Below, piece by piece: positions 29,494-39,557 of a stretch of 64,000 bases of DNA. A model generated the notes under the pieces. The model saw only the letters and a list, made by a program, of their open reading frames with translations. It was not told the DNA's origin and did not search any database. Source of the stretch: a virus. How positions within the stretch are numbered: position 1 is the first letter of the stretch; every line of letters starts with the position of its first letter. Where the stretch lies: IMG/VR virus record IMGVR_UViG_3300023174_000102, positions 34,311 through 98,310 of that record. The stretch is one strand, 5' to 3'. Both the position numbers and the translations under genes were made by a program.

Positions 29494-29536
29494 TACTAAT
29501 GATATAATATATATAAGCCTATAGGAGGAAATAAAC

Positions 29537-30181
29537 ATGGCAGCAAAAGGATCACTAGAAGCAATCATTGAGGTTGCAAAGAAGGAAGTGGGCACAATTG
29601 AAGGCCCAAAGGATAATGAAACAAAGTACGGCGCTTGGATTAAGGTAAACTTCCAACCATGGTGCCAGTCATTCGTTTCTTGGTCAGCATTTACTGCTGG
29701 AGTAAAGTCATTCCCAAAGACTGCATCAACAGTTGCAGCAGCAGACTGGTTTAAGAAGGCTGAGCGTTGGTCAGATGCTCGTAATGATGATCCACAACCA
29801 GGAGACTGGATCTATTTTGATTTCCCAGAAGATGGTGTAAATCGTATTTCACATGTTGGACTTTGCATTAAGAACAATGGCGATGGAACAATCCAAGTTA
29901 TTGAAGGAAACACTTCAGGAACTGCTAAGGGAGATCAGCGCAACGGCGGAATGTGCGTAGAAAAGACTCGTGGTTATGTAAAGAACAACAAGAAGAAGTT
30001 GGTTAATGCTGTAGTCGGTTGGGGTCGTCCAGTCTACACTGGTGAAGAGAGTGCTCCACTACTAAACAAGTTAGCAGCAACACCTGCAAAGGCCACATCT
30101 GCAGATGCAGGGAAAAAGGCTGCTGCAAAGCCTGCTACAAAGAAGTCATCTGGTGGAGGAAAAGGTCAGGTAGCACTGTAA
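29537..30181 (+). CDS. CHAP-domain peptidoglycan hydrolase (endolysin)
   Basis: 'PWCQSFVSW', 'PGD', 'SHVG', 'IEGNT'. Confidence 0.85.
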   Translation: MAAKGSLEAIIEVAKKEVGTIEGPKDNETKYGAWIKVNFQPWCQSFVSWSAFTAGVKSFPKTASTVAAADWFKKAERWSDARNDDPQPGDWIYFDFPEDGVNRISHVGLCIKNNGDGTIQVIEGNTSGTAKGDQRNGGMCVEKTRGYVKNNKKKLVNAVVGWGRPVYTGEESAPLLNKLAATPAKATSADAGKKAAAKPATKKSSGGGKGQVAL

Positions 30182-30381
30182 TGGAATCAACAAAAAGGTC
30201 ATCTATCAAAACATTTAGTTGGGAAACATTTCACCTTGTAGTTCTTGCTGGAATCATTTATCTTTTTACTGGTGAATGGGAGTATGCAAGTCTTGGAGCA
30301 ATTCTTTACATTGCTGTTGAGGCACTTGGATACTTTATTCACGAAAGACTTTGGGCAAAATTTGGGAAAAAGGTAAAGTAA
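30181..30381 (+). CDS. DUF2061-like membrane protein
   Basis: 'RSSIKTFSW...YFIHERLW'. Confidence 0.7.
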   Translation: MESTKRSSIKTFSWETFHLVVLAGIIYLFTGEWEYASLGAILYIAVEALGYFIHERLWAKFGKKVK

Positions 30382-30487
30382 TGAGAATCAAGATCATTAG
30401 GTTTGTAGTAAAGGCTTTAGGCTATGAATGGTCTGGAGATGAACTAAAACTACCAATTTGGTATGTAAAAGAAAAGAAAAAGAAGTA

Positions 30488-30673
30488 ATGCCAGCCTACG
30501 AATATATATGTGAGTCATGTAAAAAAGACTACACTAAAGTTCGTAGCATAAAAGAAGACGACCCAGGGTATGATTGTGAAAATTGCAATCTACCACTGGT
30601 TCGTATATACTCTAATGTTGGAGCAGTTTTTAACGGAAGTGGATTTTATTCTACAGATAATAGGAAAAGATAG
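30488..30673 (+). CDS. FmdB-family Zn-ribbon protein
   Basis: 'MPAYEYICESC...CENC...FNGSGFYSTD'. Confidence 0.85.
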   Translation: MPAYEYICESCKKDYTKVRSIKEDDPGYDCENCNLPLVRIYSNVGAVFNGSGFYSTDNRKR

Positions 30674-31272
30674 TGATAACAAAAATTCCAGAAAACCAAA
30701 CATGTCAATCGTTTGATCCAAAAATGATTTTGCCACAATCAACAATTGATAGAGAAAATGCACAACAACCAGGCGTATCTTGTGTCGCTCCTGCATATGT
30801 TTATATAGAAGGAACACATGGTAAAAAATTTTTATGTGACTATCATTACCACTATGAAGTTTTTATGACTAATAGCGGATATGAAAAAATTGGAGAAAAC
30901 ATTGATGAATTCATTATTGATGAAAGAGAAAGAGTTAAAGATACTTTTGCAAAAAATGTAACAACAACAGAAACACTAGGACATAAGTGCTCAGTTTTTG
31001 GTTCTTCTAACAAAAATTTTAAGTGTATTTCTGATGCCTTTGTAAAGGTCAACCCAACTGGAAGAGCCCCCAATAAAGTAAATTTTACTGTAATAGAAGA
31101 TTGGAATAATCTTTCAAAAGATATTTTTTATTGTAATTTTCATTTTAGAAAAATTTATTATAGAAGTTATAACACTGGAATTATTTATGAAGATTTTCAT
31201 AACATAGTAGATGAGAGGTCTAGAATGACTCAAACAATTGCCGAACAAGCGTTTAGGATAATGTGTGTTTAA
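30673..31272 (+). CDS. Tandem Cys/His-domain protein, paralog 1
   Basis: Two internal C...C.A/S.A.V...C..H...DER repeats. Confidence 0.65.
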   Translation: MITKIPENQTCQSFDPKMILPQSTIDRENAQQPGVSCVAPAYVYIEGTHGKKFLCDYHYHYEVFMTNSGYEKIGENIDEFIIDERERVKDTFAKNVTTTETLGHKCSVFGSSNKNFKCISDAFVKVNPTGRAPNKVNFTVIEDWNNLSKDIFYCNFHFRKIYYRSYNTGIIYEDFHNIVDERSRMTQTIAEQAFRIMCV

Positions 31273-31274
31273 TT

Positions 31275-31889
31275 ATGATAACAAAAATTCCAGAAAATCA
31301 AATATGTCAATCATTCGATGCAAGAATGATACAAACACAAGAAACACTACAAAGACATAATGCTAAGGAGCAACCAAACTCTTCTTGTGTTGCCCCTGCG
31401 TACGTTTATGTAGAAGGAAAGCACGGTAAAAAATTTTTATGTGATACTCACTACTACTATGAGATATACATGAACAGAATAACTTATGCAGCACCAAATG
31501 GATCTTGGAAAGAGATTCAACAGCACATGGTTGACGAAAGAGAAAGAGTTAAAGAAACCTTTGCAAAAAATGTAACAACAACAGAAACATTGGGACACAA
31601 GTGTTCTTTAATTAATCTATATAACCCAGGAGGTATTGGTTGTACTGCCGATGCTTTGGTAAAAGTTAACCCTACTGCAAAGGTTATTGGAAAAGTAAAC
31701 TTTAACCCAAGAGTAAGTACAGATAATCCTGAAGCAGATATTTTTTATTGTAACTTTCATTACAGAAGAATTTACTATAGATTTCTTAGCAACGGACTTG
31801 TCTATGAAGACTTTCACAAAGTGGTAGATGAGAGATATAGAATGACAATGACCATTGCTGAAGAAGCAGACAGACTTACTTATATTTAA
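31275..31889 (+). CDS. Tandem Cys/His-domain protein, paralog 2
   Basis: Shares MITKIPENQ.CQSFD, CVAPAYVY, ERERVKETFAKNVTT. Confidence 0.65.
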   Translation: MITKIPENQICQSFDARMIQTQETLQRHNAKEQPNSSCVAPAYVYVEGKHGKKFLCDTHYYYEIYMNRITYAAPNGSWKEIQQHMVDERERVKETFAKNVTTTETLGHKCSLINLYNPGGIGCTADALVKVNPTAKVIGKVNFNPRVSTDNPEADIFYCNFHYRRIYYRFLSNGLVYEDFHKVVDERYRMTMTIAEEADRLTYI

Positions 31890-31898
31890 AGAGGAAAA

Positions 31899-32471
31899 AT
31901 GATAACAAACATACCAGTAAATCAGACATGCCAAGCATTTGATGCAATGATGATAATGCCAGAAAAAACAGCACATATTACAGGATCTTTAAAAAAACCT
32001 AGCACTTCTTGTGTTGCACCAGCCTATGTTTACATTGAGGGCACACACGGAAATAAGTTTTTATGTGATTATCATTATCATTATGAAAAGTTTAATGGAA
32101 ACTATATTGACTATGATGAAAATGGTTTAATCGACAAAAGAGAAATTTTTCTTATTGACGAAAGAGAAAGAGTTAAAGAAACCTTTGCAAAAAATGTAAC
32201 AACAAAAGAGACATTGGGAAAATATTGTTTTGTAACAAGTAATAAGGGCCGTACGACTAACACAGCAAATGATTGTGTTGCAGAAGCATTTGTTAGGGTT
32301 ACAGATAAAAGTGGCAACTCTATGTTTTTTTGTAACTTTCATTTTAGAAAAATCTATTATAGATATGCTAGTAACGGCTCAAATTATGAAGATTTTTATG
32401 ATATTTTAGATGAAAGATATAGGATGACAGAAACAATCATTGAAGAATCACTAAACCTACAATCCATATAG
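31899..32471 (+). CDS. Tandem Cys/His-domain protein, paralog 3
   Basis: Same motifs as paralogs 1 and 2. Confidence 0.65.
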   Translation: MITNIPVNQTCQAFDAMMIMPEKTAHITGSLKKPSTSCVAPAYVYIEGTHGNKFLCDYHYHYEKFNGNYIDYDENGLIDKREIFLIDERERVKETFAKNVTTKETLGKYCFVTSNKGRTTNTANDCVAEAFVRVTDKSGNSMFFCNFHFRKIYYRYASNGSNYEDFYDILDERYRMTETIIEESLNLQSI

Positions 32472-32552
32472 GTTTTGACAAAACTGCTTACCTGATGTAC
32501 AATTAGTACTATAATAAATTTTATTCAAGCAACAGCAAAATAGGAGTACAAT

Positions 32553-32795
32553 ATGTTTACAATGGTTAAAGATGAAGTGAAACAAGAATGGTTACTATCA
32601 CCACTAGATCGATGTGATAAATGTAGTGCTGAGGCCTTAGTCAAGGTTACAGGAATAACTGGTGACCTTATGTTTTGCGGTCATCACTACAATAAGATTA
32701 TGTCTATTCCAAATGGCTACAACAGTATGATGTCTTTTGCTATTAGTGTTCTTGACGAACGAGATAAATTAAAGCAAGATAGATTAAAAGACTAA
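32553..32795 (+). CDS. Small actinobacterial-type Zn-binding protein (DRCDxC...FCGHH...DER)
   Basis: Motif; promoter TTGACA...TACAAT and AGGAG SD upstream. Confidence 0.7.
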   Translation: MFTMVKDEVKQEWLLSPLDRCDKCSAEALVKVTGITGDLMFCGHHYNKIMSIPNGYNSMMSFAISVLDERDKLKQDRLKD

Positions 32796-32797
32796 AA

Positions 32798-33358
32798 ATG
32801 ATTAGCAAAATAGGTGAGCCTTTTAACTATAGGCTTCAAGGCAATTTTGATATATCTGCAATAGCAGACCTTCTTTCTACTTACTCCGATGAGTGGTTTG
32901 CTAACAAAGATAGACAGGTTATGTATCAAGTCCATAAAGAGACTAACTCTATATTTATTTATGATCATTCAAATGCCTGGTCTCTTGGAGATAAATATGA
33001 CTTAAAGATAAATGATAGTCAGTCTGATATGATCAGCCTTGTTTCTCCCATAGTTAAAAGTCTTGAAGCAATTCACGATGGCAAAGTTGGTAAGTGTGTT
33101 TTTATTAAAATGCCTGCACAAAAAAGTGTTGGAGAGCATAGAGATGGTATGGATTATCTAGGGGCAGTTAGGCGCCACCATATTGCAATAACAACTAATG
33201 ATAATGTTATTTTTTTTGTTAATAAAGAAAGTAAGAATATGAAGGTTGGAGAATGTTGGGAAATAAACAACAACCTTCTTCATAGCGTAGAAAATAATGG
33301 GGACAGTGAACGCATACATTTAATGGTTGATATCCTGCCTAACAAGTTTATTAACTAA
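32798..33358 (+). CDS. Asp/Asn beta-hydroxylase-like 2OG oxygenase
   Basis: 'EHRD', 'RHHIAITTN', 'GECWEINN..HSVEN...RIHLMVD'. Confidence 0.85.
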   Translation: MISKIGEPFNYRLQGNFDISAIADLLSTYSDEWFANKDRQVMYQVHKETNSIFIYDHSNAWSLGDKYDLKINDSQSDMISLVSPIVKSLEAIHDGKVGKCVFIKMPAQKSVGEHRDGMDYLGAVRRHHIAITTNDNVIFFVNKESKNMKVGECWEINNNLLHSVENNGDSERIHLMVDILPNKFIN

Positions 33359-33425
33359 TATATGATAGATCAGTTTGACTATAAGACCACCAGTATGGTA
33401 TTATAGTATAGTCGAAAGGTACATA

Positions 33426-34187
33426 ATGATAATTCAAATTATAGGATTGCCAGGGTCTGGGAAAACAGAACTCGCCAGGGCACTCAAAGAGCGAATCAAT
33501 GCTATTCATCTTAATGCAGATGAGGTCCGTGCAACAGTAAATTCAGATTTGGGGTTTGCCCCAGAAGATAGAATTGAACAGGCTCGAAGAATGGGTGAGA
33601 TGGCAAGATTAATTGCTAAGCAAGGAGTTGCCCCAGTCATTGTGGATTTTGTTTGTCCTACAGATATTACTCGTGCAGCATTTGGTAAGCCAGATATTCT
33701 AGTTTTTATGGATACAATTGCTGAGGGTAGGTTTGAAGATACTAATAAAATGTTTGAACGTCCTGATAATGCTGATGTATCTTTCATTAGTCATAATTTA
33801 GATGCAGAAGCAAAAGCATCTCATATCATTCAAAAGTTTAACTTACATGACTGGTCTGCACCCACAACACTGATGCTTGGCAGATACCAACCTTGGCATG
33901 AGGGTCACCATGCTCTTTATGTAGAGGCTGGCAAGCGTACGGATCAGGTGCTTCTTGGGGTTCGAAATACATACAATACAAGTGAGAAAGATCCACTTAA
34001 GTTTGATCAGGTAAAAGACTATATTGCTAAAGATGAATTTATGGATGGTGCATTAGTACTAAGACTACCTAACATTACCAATATTGTTTATGGTCGTGAT
34101 GTAGGATATAAGATTGAGCAGGTAGATTTAGGTGCAGATATTCATGCTATTTCTGCTACACAAAAACGCAAGGAAATGGGTATTTGA
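33426..34187 (+). CDS. Adenylylsulfate-kinase-like domain fused to an HxGH nucleotidyltransferase domain
   Basis: 'GLPGSGKT', 'ADEVR...DLGF..EDR'; C-terminal 'GRYQPWHEGH'. Confidence 0.8.
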   Translation: MIIQIIGLPGSGKTELARALKERINAIHLNADEVRATVNSDLGFAPEDRIEQARRMGEMARLIAKQGVAPVIVDFVCPTDITRAAFGKPDILVFMDTIAEGRFEDTNKMFERPDNADVSFISHNLDAEAKASHIIQKFNLHDWSAPTTLMLGRYQPWHEGHHALYVEAGKRTDQVLLGVRNTYNTSEKDPLKFDQVKDYIAKDEFMDGALVLRLPNITNIVYGRDVGYKIEQVDLGADIHAISATQKRKEMGI

Positions 34188-34294
34188 ATGTTAGAGAATG
34201 CTATTGCAGTTGTTATATCCCTTATAATTGCTGGAGTTATGGTTTATGTTATAGACAAGCATTTTGGCGGAACAGACGATAGTGAGACCATGCA

Positions 34295-34498
34295 ATGACA
34301 GTAACCAAGGCTAGATCATTTACTAAGGCACTAAGTTATCGCATATGGGGAACACTGTCTTCATTTGTTGTTGCATATGTACTTACTGGAGACGCAACGC
34401 TTTCAGGTGCTATTGCCTTTTGGGAAACGGTAGTTAAAGTATTTATCTACTACGCACATGAGCGTGGTTGGAACAAAATCCAATGGGGGAGAAAATAA
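34295..34498 (+). CDS. DUF2061 membrane protein
   Basis: 'RSFTKALSYR...YYAHERGW'. Confidence 0.8.
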   Translation: MTVTKARSFTKALSYRIWGTLSSFVVAYVLTGDATLSGAIAFWETVVKVFIYYAHERGWNKIQWGRK

Positions 34499-34905
34499 TG
34501 TATGAATACTATGTAAGAAAAGTAGAGAACGTAGTAGATGGAGATACCATCGATGTTCTTATTGATTTAGGGTTTGATATCCTATTCGCATCTCGTGTAA
34601 GACTGGCTGGTATTGATACCCCTGAGTCTCGCACAAAGGATCTTGCTGAGAAGGCTCTTGGTCTTGAGGCTAAGGAGTACCTAAAGAAGGCTCTTAAGGA
34701 TGCAAAGTCTGTTGTTATTAAGACTGAAAAAATGGACTCATCTGAAAAGTATGGTCGTATTTTGGGCTGGGTATATATTAATGGAGAAACTATATCTCTT
34801 AATGACATGATGATTAATGATGGCTATGCTTGGGGATATTTAGGGGATACCAAGATTAAGGATTTTGATGCCCTTGCAAAGGCAAGAAAGAAGTCTGGAA
34901 AGTAA
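34498..34905 (+). CDS. Thermonuclease (SNase-like)
   Basis: 'VVDGDTID', 'RLAGIDTPE', 'KYGRILG'. Confidence 0.9.
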   Translation: MYEYYVRKVENVVDGDTIDVLIDLGFDILFASRVRLAGIDTPESRTKDLAEKALGLEAKEYLKKALKDAKSVVIKTEKMDSSEKYGRILGWVYINGETISLNDMMINDGYAWGYLGDTKIKDFDALAKARKKSGK

Positions 34906-35498
34906 TGAATGCTGAATATCTTGAAAATAAAAGTTTTAAAATTAAAATAATAGAAAATTTTATAACTTTAGAAGATGCTGATGCTCTTGTAGGCTACATA
35001 AAAAATAACTGTTCAAACAAGACAAAATTTTATACGCCTATGAAGCATCTCGTTGAGAATAAAATAAGATATGAATCACATATACCAGAGCGTCATGCAT
35101 TTTCAAATCATTCAGAAATTTTACATTTATTAAAAAAATATTCTGATAAATTTTTGTTAGAGTCTAATCTTTTTTTTAAAGATGATGAAGAAATATACTT
35201 AACTGCACAATGGATGACAATGCTAGGGCCACAAAATAGACTTGGACCACACAGAGATAACCATAAAGGTGCAGAACATTTGTTTAGAAGTGGTGTTATT
35301 TATTTAAATGACGATTTTGATGGAGGATATTTAAATTTCCCACATAGAAATTTTACAATTAAACCACAAAAGTTAAGTCTTGTTCTTTTTGATTCCGAAG
35401 AAATGCACACAATAACAGAAGTCTTATCTGGAATAAGAATAGCAATGCCTATCTGGGCAACAAATATAAAAGAAAAGGAAATATCCTGTGAACTTTGA
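34905..35498 (+). CDS. Prolyl-4-hydroxylase-like 2OG-Fe(II) oxygenase
   Basis: 'HRD...YLNDDFDGG...H...R'. Confidence 0.85.
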   Translation: MNAEYLENKSFKIKIIENFITLEDADALVGYIKNNCSNKTKFYTPMKHLVENKIRYESHIPERHAFSNHSEILHLLKKYSDKFLLESNLFFKDDEEIYLTAQWMTMLGPQNRLGPHRDNHKGAEHLFRSGVIYLNDDFDGGYLNFPHRNFTIKPQKLSLVLFDSEEMHTITEVLSGIRIAMPIWATNIKEKEISCEL

Positions 35499-35820
35499 AG
35501 ATAGCGAAATACAAAGACTTATAGATATTGGTGGTCTTGAGTTTGCTGGATTAGATACAGAAACTGGAGAACCATTGTATAGACCAACAAGCATCTTACA
35601 GAGCATTGATCCAAAACTAAGCAAAGAGATGTCATCTTACTTTTCAGCAACTACAATGAATTTATGGGAAAAAGGTTTTATAGACATGGATATAACCATT
35701 GAAGATCCACTTGTAAAACTTGCTGAAAAGGCTTTTGATTTAGAATTAATTAATTCACTAGCAAAAGATGAGAGAGTAGTGCTTAAAGAGATAATAAGAG
35801 TTCTTTCAAAAAAAAAGTGA
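35488..35820 (+). CDS. Hypothetical protein
   Basis: 110-aa ORF. Confidence 0.55.
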   Translation: MNFEDSEIQRLIDIGGLEFAGLDTETGEPLYRPTSILQSIDPKLSKEMSSYFSATTMNLWEKGFIDMDITIEDPLVKLAEKAFDLELINSLAKDERVVLKEIIRVLSKKK

Positions 35821-35843
35821 TAGAATGAATAGTGGAGGGGTTT

Positions 35844-36257
35844 ATGAATAATTGGTATGGTGCTGCTGGGTTAACCTTAACTATTTTATTATTCTTGTTT
35901 TTTTACGTAATTGCTTCAAAGTCTAAAGATAAACCTCAGATAGTAAGTCAGTCAATGCTCCTTCATAGATTTAATAGTGGAAAGAAATATTCAAGGAAAA
36001 TAATTAATAAAACACAATCAAAAATGCACCATAACAAAACAAATGTAAAAGTTATAATATTGGATAACGATGCTTATTGGATTAAAGATAATATTTTTTA
36101 TAAAGCACCTTTAGATGGTCAATCAATCGACAAAGAGTCTGCAGAACAAGTTGACACGATACATATGGATAAGGTACAATTAGATAAGATGCTGTTTATA
36201 ATGGATAAACTAAGAGAAGGGATTAACGATGATAGTAGGGATTCAGGGGACAGGTAG
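35844..36257 (+). CDS. Membrane-anchored hypothetical protein
   Basis: N-terminal TM; GGAGG SD. Confidence 0.55.
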   Translation: MNNWYGAAGLTLTILLFLFFYVIASKSKDKPQIVSQSMLLHRFNSGKKYSRKIINKTQSKMHHNKTNVKVIILDNDAYWIKDNIFYKAPLDGQSIDKESAEQVDTIHMDKVQLDKMLFIMDKLREGINDDSRDSGDR

Positions 36258-36579
36258 TTTTGACAACTATAATATATTCCTCAGATCAATGGCCGTTGCC
36301 CTTTCTGAGTTAGAAGAACAAGATAAAGATTTTATAATATATTCTGCAGGGCCAAACAACATAAGCATGATGGCTATGGAGTTTGTAAATTTATCTGAAA
36401 GAGGAATGAAGTCAAGAAAGAAGAATATTAAGTTCTTCAAGGTTACTTCTGAATGGTTAGAAGAAAATATAAAGGATATAGATCATTTTGCTTTTCTTTC
36501 TAATCCAAAAGAACCTGTTTCAAAGATTGTTCATTTATCAAAATTAAATAATAAAAATACAAACGTATATAACTTTTAA
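36229..36579 (+). CDS. Hypothetical protein (weak YspA/SLOG-like N-terminus)
   Basis: 'IVGIQGTGSFDNY'. Confidence 0.4.
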   Translation: MIVGIQGTGSFDNYNIFLRSMAVALSELEEQDKDFIIYSAGPNNISMMAMEFVNLSERGMKSRKKNIKFFKVTSEWLEENIKDIDHFAFLSNPKEPVSKIVHLSKLNNKNTNVYNF

Positions 36580-36626
36580 GGTTGTATGCATAAACTGTGC
36601 AAAGCACACAACAGAATGGAAACAAC

Positions 36627-36839
36627 ATGAAAATAATTAATTCTTTAAGTGTTATGGAATCAATCGTAACTAAAAACAAACAACTGTCTTGGGATGGCTG
36701 GACTGTTGTAGAAACATTTCCATCAGAAAAGGCATACTTTTCAAAGTTTGGTGTTTACAAGAATGGTAAGTGGCAAATGAAAAAAGAGTTTACTCCTTCC
36801 AGCCAAGGATGGGAAATCCCTGATAAGTATGTGATGTAA
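36627..36839 (+). CDS. Hypothetical protein
   Basis: Trp-containing ORF coupled to whiB. Confidence 0.5.
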   Translation: MKIINSLSVMESIVTKNKQLSWDGWTVVETFPSEKAYFSKFGVYKNGKWQMKKEFTPSSQGWEIPDKYVM

Positions 36840-37121
36840 ATGAATAAGTATAAATGGAAAGACAATGCTATTTGTTTAGATTACGATACAAACTTATTCT
36901 TTGAAAAATATGAAGATGATGAACTACTCCGTCCTGCAATCGATGCTTTATGTTCTTCATGTCCAGTAAGAAAAGAATGCTTTTCTGTTGGAATTTCAGG
37001 CAAAGAATGGGGTGTCTGGGGTGGTGTATACTTAGAGAATGGAGAAGTCTCTAAAGAGTTTTCTAGCCACAAGAGTAAGACTGACTGGGGTAAAACTTGG
37101 CAGTCTTTGACAATGGAGTGA
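36840..37121 (+). CDS. whiB: WhiB-family Fe-S transcription factor
   Basis: 'W...AIC...LFF...CSSCPVRKEC...GVWGG'. Confidence 0.92.
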   Translation: MNKYKWKDNAICLDYDTNLFFEKYEDDELLRPAIDALCSSCPVRKECFSVGISGKEWGVWGGVYLENGEVSKEFSSHKSKTDWGKTWQSLTME

Positions 37122-37122
37122 T

Positions 37123-37359
37123 ATGTATACTGACGCAATGCAAAGGGCTTTTAGATCTGTAAACTGTCCTAAAAATTTTTCTTTACAGATAATAGATAAT
37201 GATCATTTCTTAACTGTAAAGGCTAAAGAAAAAGATTTTATGTCCTTAGAGACAGTAGAACTGAAAAGAGAAGCAATAGAATACATGATCCGTGTCAAAA
37301 AGGCTTTAGAGGATAATGGAGCGATTGTCTTATTGGTTAGAGAGGGAGGAAAAGAGTAG
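37123..37359 (+). CDS. Hypothetical protein
   Basis: 78-aa ORF with GGAG SD. Confidence 0.55.
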   Translation: MYTDAMQRAFRSVNCPKNFSLQIIDNDHFLTVKAKEKDFMSLETVELKREAIEYMIRVKKALEDNGAIVLLVREGGKE

Positions 37360-38000
37360 TGCACAACGAAGAGTTTAGAAAGCAACTTGATTTAGAAAAA
37401 GATGAAATTTATTTAAAAAATGTTGCCAAATTAGGAAGTTCTGCAAAAAATGTACATACTGTAGATAATTTTTTATCTAGTGAAGAGCATAAATTATTAT
37501 CTAGTTTTGTAAACAATCCCGATGAGGTTTCTTGGGTTGAGGAGCCATGGACCACAGAAAGAACTCGTGAGGGATCAATTCCAGAAGACACTATTCAACT
37601 TTTAAAAAAAATATTTGAAACTGCTAGATTAAAGTGTATGGATTATTACGATGTAGATTTGGGTCAAGAATTTCTAAGTCAATATCTTTTAACTAAGTGG
37701 AGGAGGGGCAGCAAAATGCAACCTCATGTAGACACAGACGCTCAGAAACATCAACACATTGTATGCATGTATTATATTAATGATGACTATGAGGGAGGAG
37801 AAATATTTTTTCCAGATCATAATTTAAAAATTAAACCCAAAGCAAATAGTTTACTTATGTTCCCTGGTAATGAAAATTATCTGCATGGAGTGCTTGAAGT
37901 CATAGAGGGATTCAGATATACTTTTGCTATGAGGTTTATTTTTGCTGGATCTAAATTTTTAGGACCAACAACCCTTCGTCAAAGGTTAAAATATGATTGA
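37359..38000 (+). CDS. P4H-like 2OG-Fe(II) oxygenase
   Basis: 'PHVD...YINDDYEGGE...HGV...RY'. Confidence 0.88.
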   Translation: MHNEEFRKQLDLEKDEIYLKNVAKLGSSAKNVHTVDNFLSSEEHKLLSSFVNNPDEVSWVEEPWTTERTREGSIPEDTIQLLKKIFETARLKCMDYYDVDLGQEFLSQYLLTKWRRGSKMQPHVDTDAQKHQHIVCMYYINDDYEGGEIFFPDHNLKIKPKANSLLMFPGNENYLHGVLEVIEGFRYTFAMRFIFAGSKFLGPTTLRQRLKYD

Positions 38001-38400
38001 GTCAGTATTCTTAGGCATCTTTGCTTTTTTGACATGTCTTTTTATTTATTTATATGTAGCACAAATAAAGAAAAATAGGACAATTCTTGCAAATACATTG
38101 CAACTTTTAGTGATGCAGCAAACTATTAATGAAGAAAACAAGACAGATAAAGAACACGCTAATGAGGCTTTTTTAAAATTTATTTCAGATTCTCGTGATT
38201 GGGCATATACCTACATAGATGAAGTTCAAGAAGGACTAAATAGTTTTATTAATGAAATTGAGCCAGAGATTGCATACTTTGATGAGTACGGTATAGTTGG
38301 AACTTCTTACCCCCACTATCATTCTATGAAGAAAATATCTGGGGCATACAAAGAACTAAAGAAACTGCTACCAGAAGACTATGGTAAAATAGACACATGA
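37993..38400 (+). CDS. Membrane-anchored hypothetical protein
   Basis: N-terminal TM. Confidence 0.55.
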   Translation: MIESVFLGIFAFLTCLFIYLYVAQIKKNRTILANTLQLLVMQQTINEENKTDKEHANEAFLKFISDSRDWAYTYIDEVQEGLNSFINEIEPEIAYFDEYGIVGTSYPHYHSMKKISGAYKELKKLLPEDYGKIDT

Positions 38401-38999
38401 TTGAAAATCCTTCTGAAAAAGATGAAATATACTTAGCCAATGTTGAAAAGATAGGAGCATCTGTAGATAACATTAGATGCTTAGAAAATGTTCTGTCTGC
38501 AAAAGAGCATGCAGTTTTGCTTGATTATGTAAAAAAAACTGATTCTTGGGTTAAACAGCCATGGCTTGTTTGGACAATTACGCCAGGATTCTTTCCTAAA
38601 AACATTTCTGAAATATTAAAAAAAATATTTAACGAGGTTTGGAAAAAGTCCACAAATTTTTATGATGTAAAGATTGATTCATTTTCAGATTCTGGACTAT
38701 CTATCCTTAAATTTGAAGAAGGTTTTCATTTAACTGTGCATGTAGACACTGCGTCAGCAGAATTAAACCATATTGCATCAATTTACTATATTAATGATGA
38801 CTATGAAGGTGGAGAGATCAACTTTCCAGACTATAACTTAAAAATTAAACCAAAGGCCAACAGTTTACTTTTTTTCCCTGGTAATGAAAATTATGAGCAT
38901 GAGGTTACAAAAATTTTATCTGGTGACAGATATAGTTCTTCTGTATGGTTTCAGTTCACTGGGTCCACTTTTAACAAAAAATCAGAATGGTATGGTTAA
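38397..38999 (+). CDS. P4H-like 2OG-Fe(II) oxygenase
   Basis: 'HVD...YINDDYEGGE...HEV...RY'. Confidence 0.88.
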   Translation: MIENPSEKDEIYLANVEKIGASVDNIRCLENVLSAKEHAVLLDYVKKTDSWVKQPWLVWTITPGFFPKNISEILKKIFNEVWKKSTNFYDVKIDSFSDSGLSILKFEEGFHLTVHVDTASAELNHIASIYYINDDYEGGEINFPDYNLKIKPKANSLLFFPGNENYEHEVTKILSGDRYSSSVWFQFTGSTFNKKSEWYG

Positions 39000-39002
39000 T
39001 AA

Positions 39003-39557
39003 ATGACAAATTCAGAGGTCGGGAATTCTGTAGATAATATACATGTAACGGAAAATATTTTGTCTAAAGAAGACCACAAGCAACTGCTTGACTATGTAAT
39101 AAGTGTAGAATCCTGGATAGTTCAGCCCTGGGGAGTTAAAGTTCTTCCACCACAGGAAATGCCAAAAGAAATTGTTAAAATTTTAGATAAAGTTTTTTCC
39201 CTTGCCTATCAAAAATGTGTAGAACTTTATAATGTGAAACTTTATCCTTTTGAAAATGCCAAAACACCTTTAGTTAGGTTTGAAAAGAATTACAAGATGA
39301 ACGAGCATGCAGACACAACAGGAGATTTTGCAGCAATATATTATATAAATGATGATTATGATGGGGGAGAAATAAATTTTATGGATCATAATTTAAAAAT
39401 TAAGCCAAAGTATAATAGTTTTGTTACATTCCCTAGCAATGCAGACTACTGGCATGAAGTACTTGAAAATACTGGAAAAGAAAGATATTCTGCTACTCAA
39501 TGGTTTAAGTATCATGGATCTAGTATAGAAAGGCCATTAAAAGGTCTAATCAGATGA
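39003..39557 (+). CDS. P4H-like 2OG-Fe(II) oxygenase
   Basis: 'HAD...YINDDYDGGE...HEV...RY'. Confidence 0.88.
   Translation: MTNSEVGNSVDNIHVTENILSKEDHKQLLDYVISVESWIVQPWGVKVLPPQEMPKEIVKILDKVFSLAYQKCVELYNVKLYPFENAKTPLVRFEKNYKMNEHADTTGDFAAIYYINDDYDGGEINFMDHNLKIKPKYNSFVTFPSNADYWHEVLENTGKERYSATQWFKYHGSSIERPLKGLIR

Noticed and set aside
30673-32471. Diversity-generating retroelement behind the paralog trio
   Set aside because: No reverse transcriptase in the window; differences include indels and are not adenine-specific
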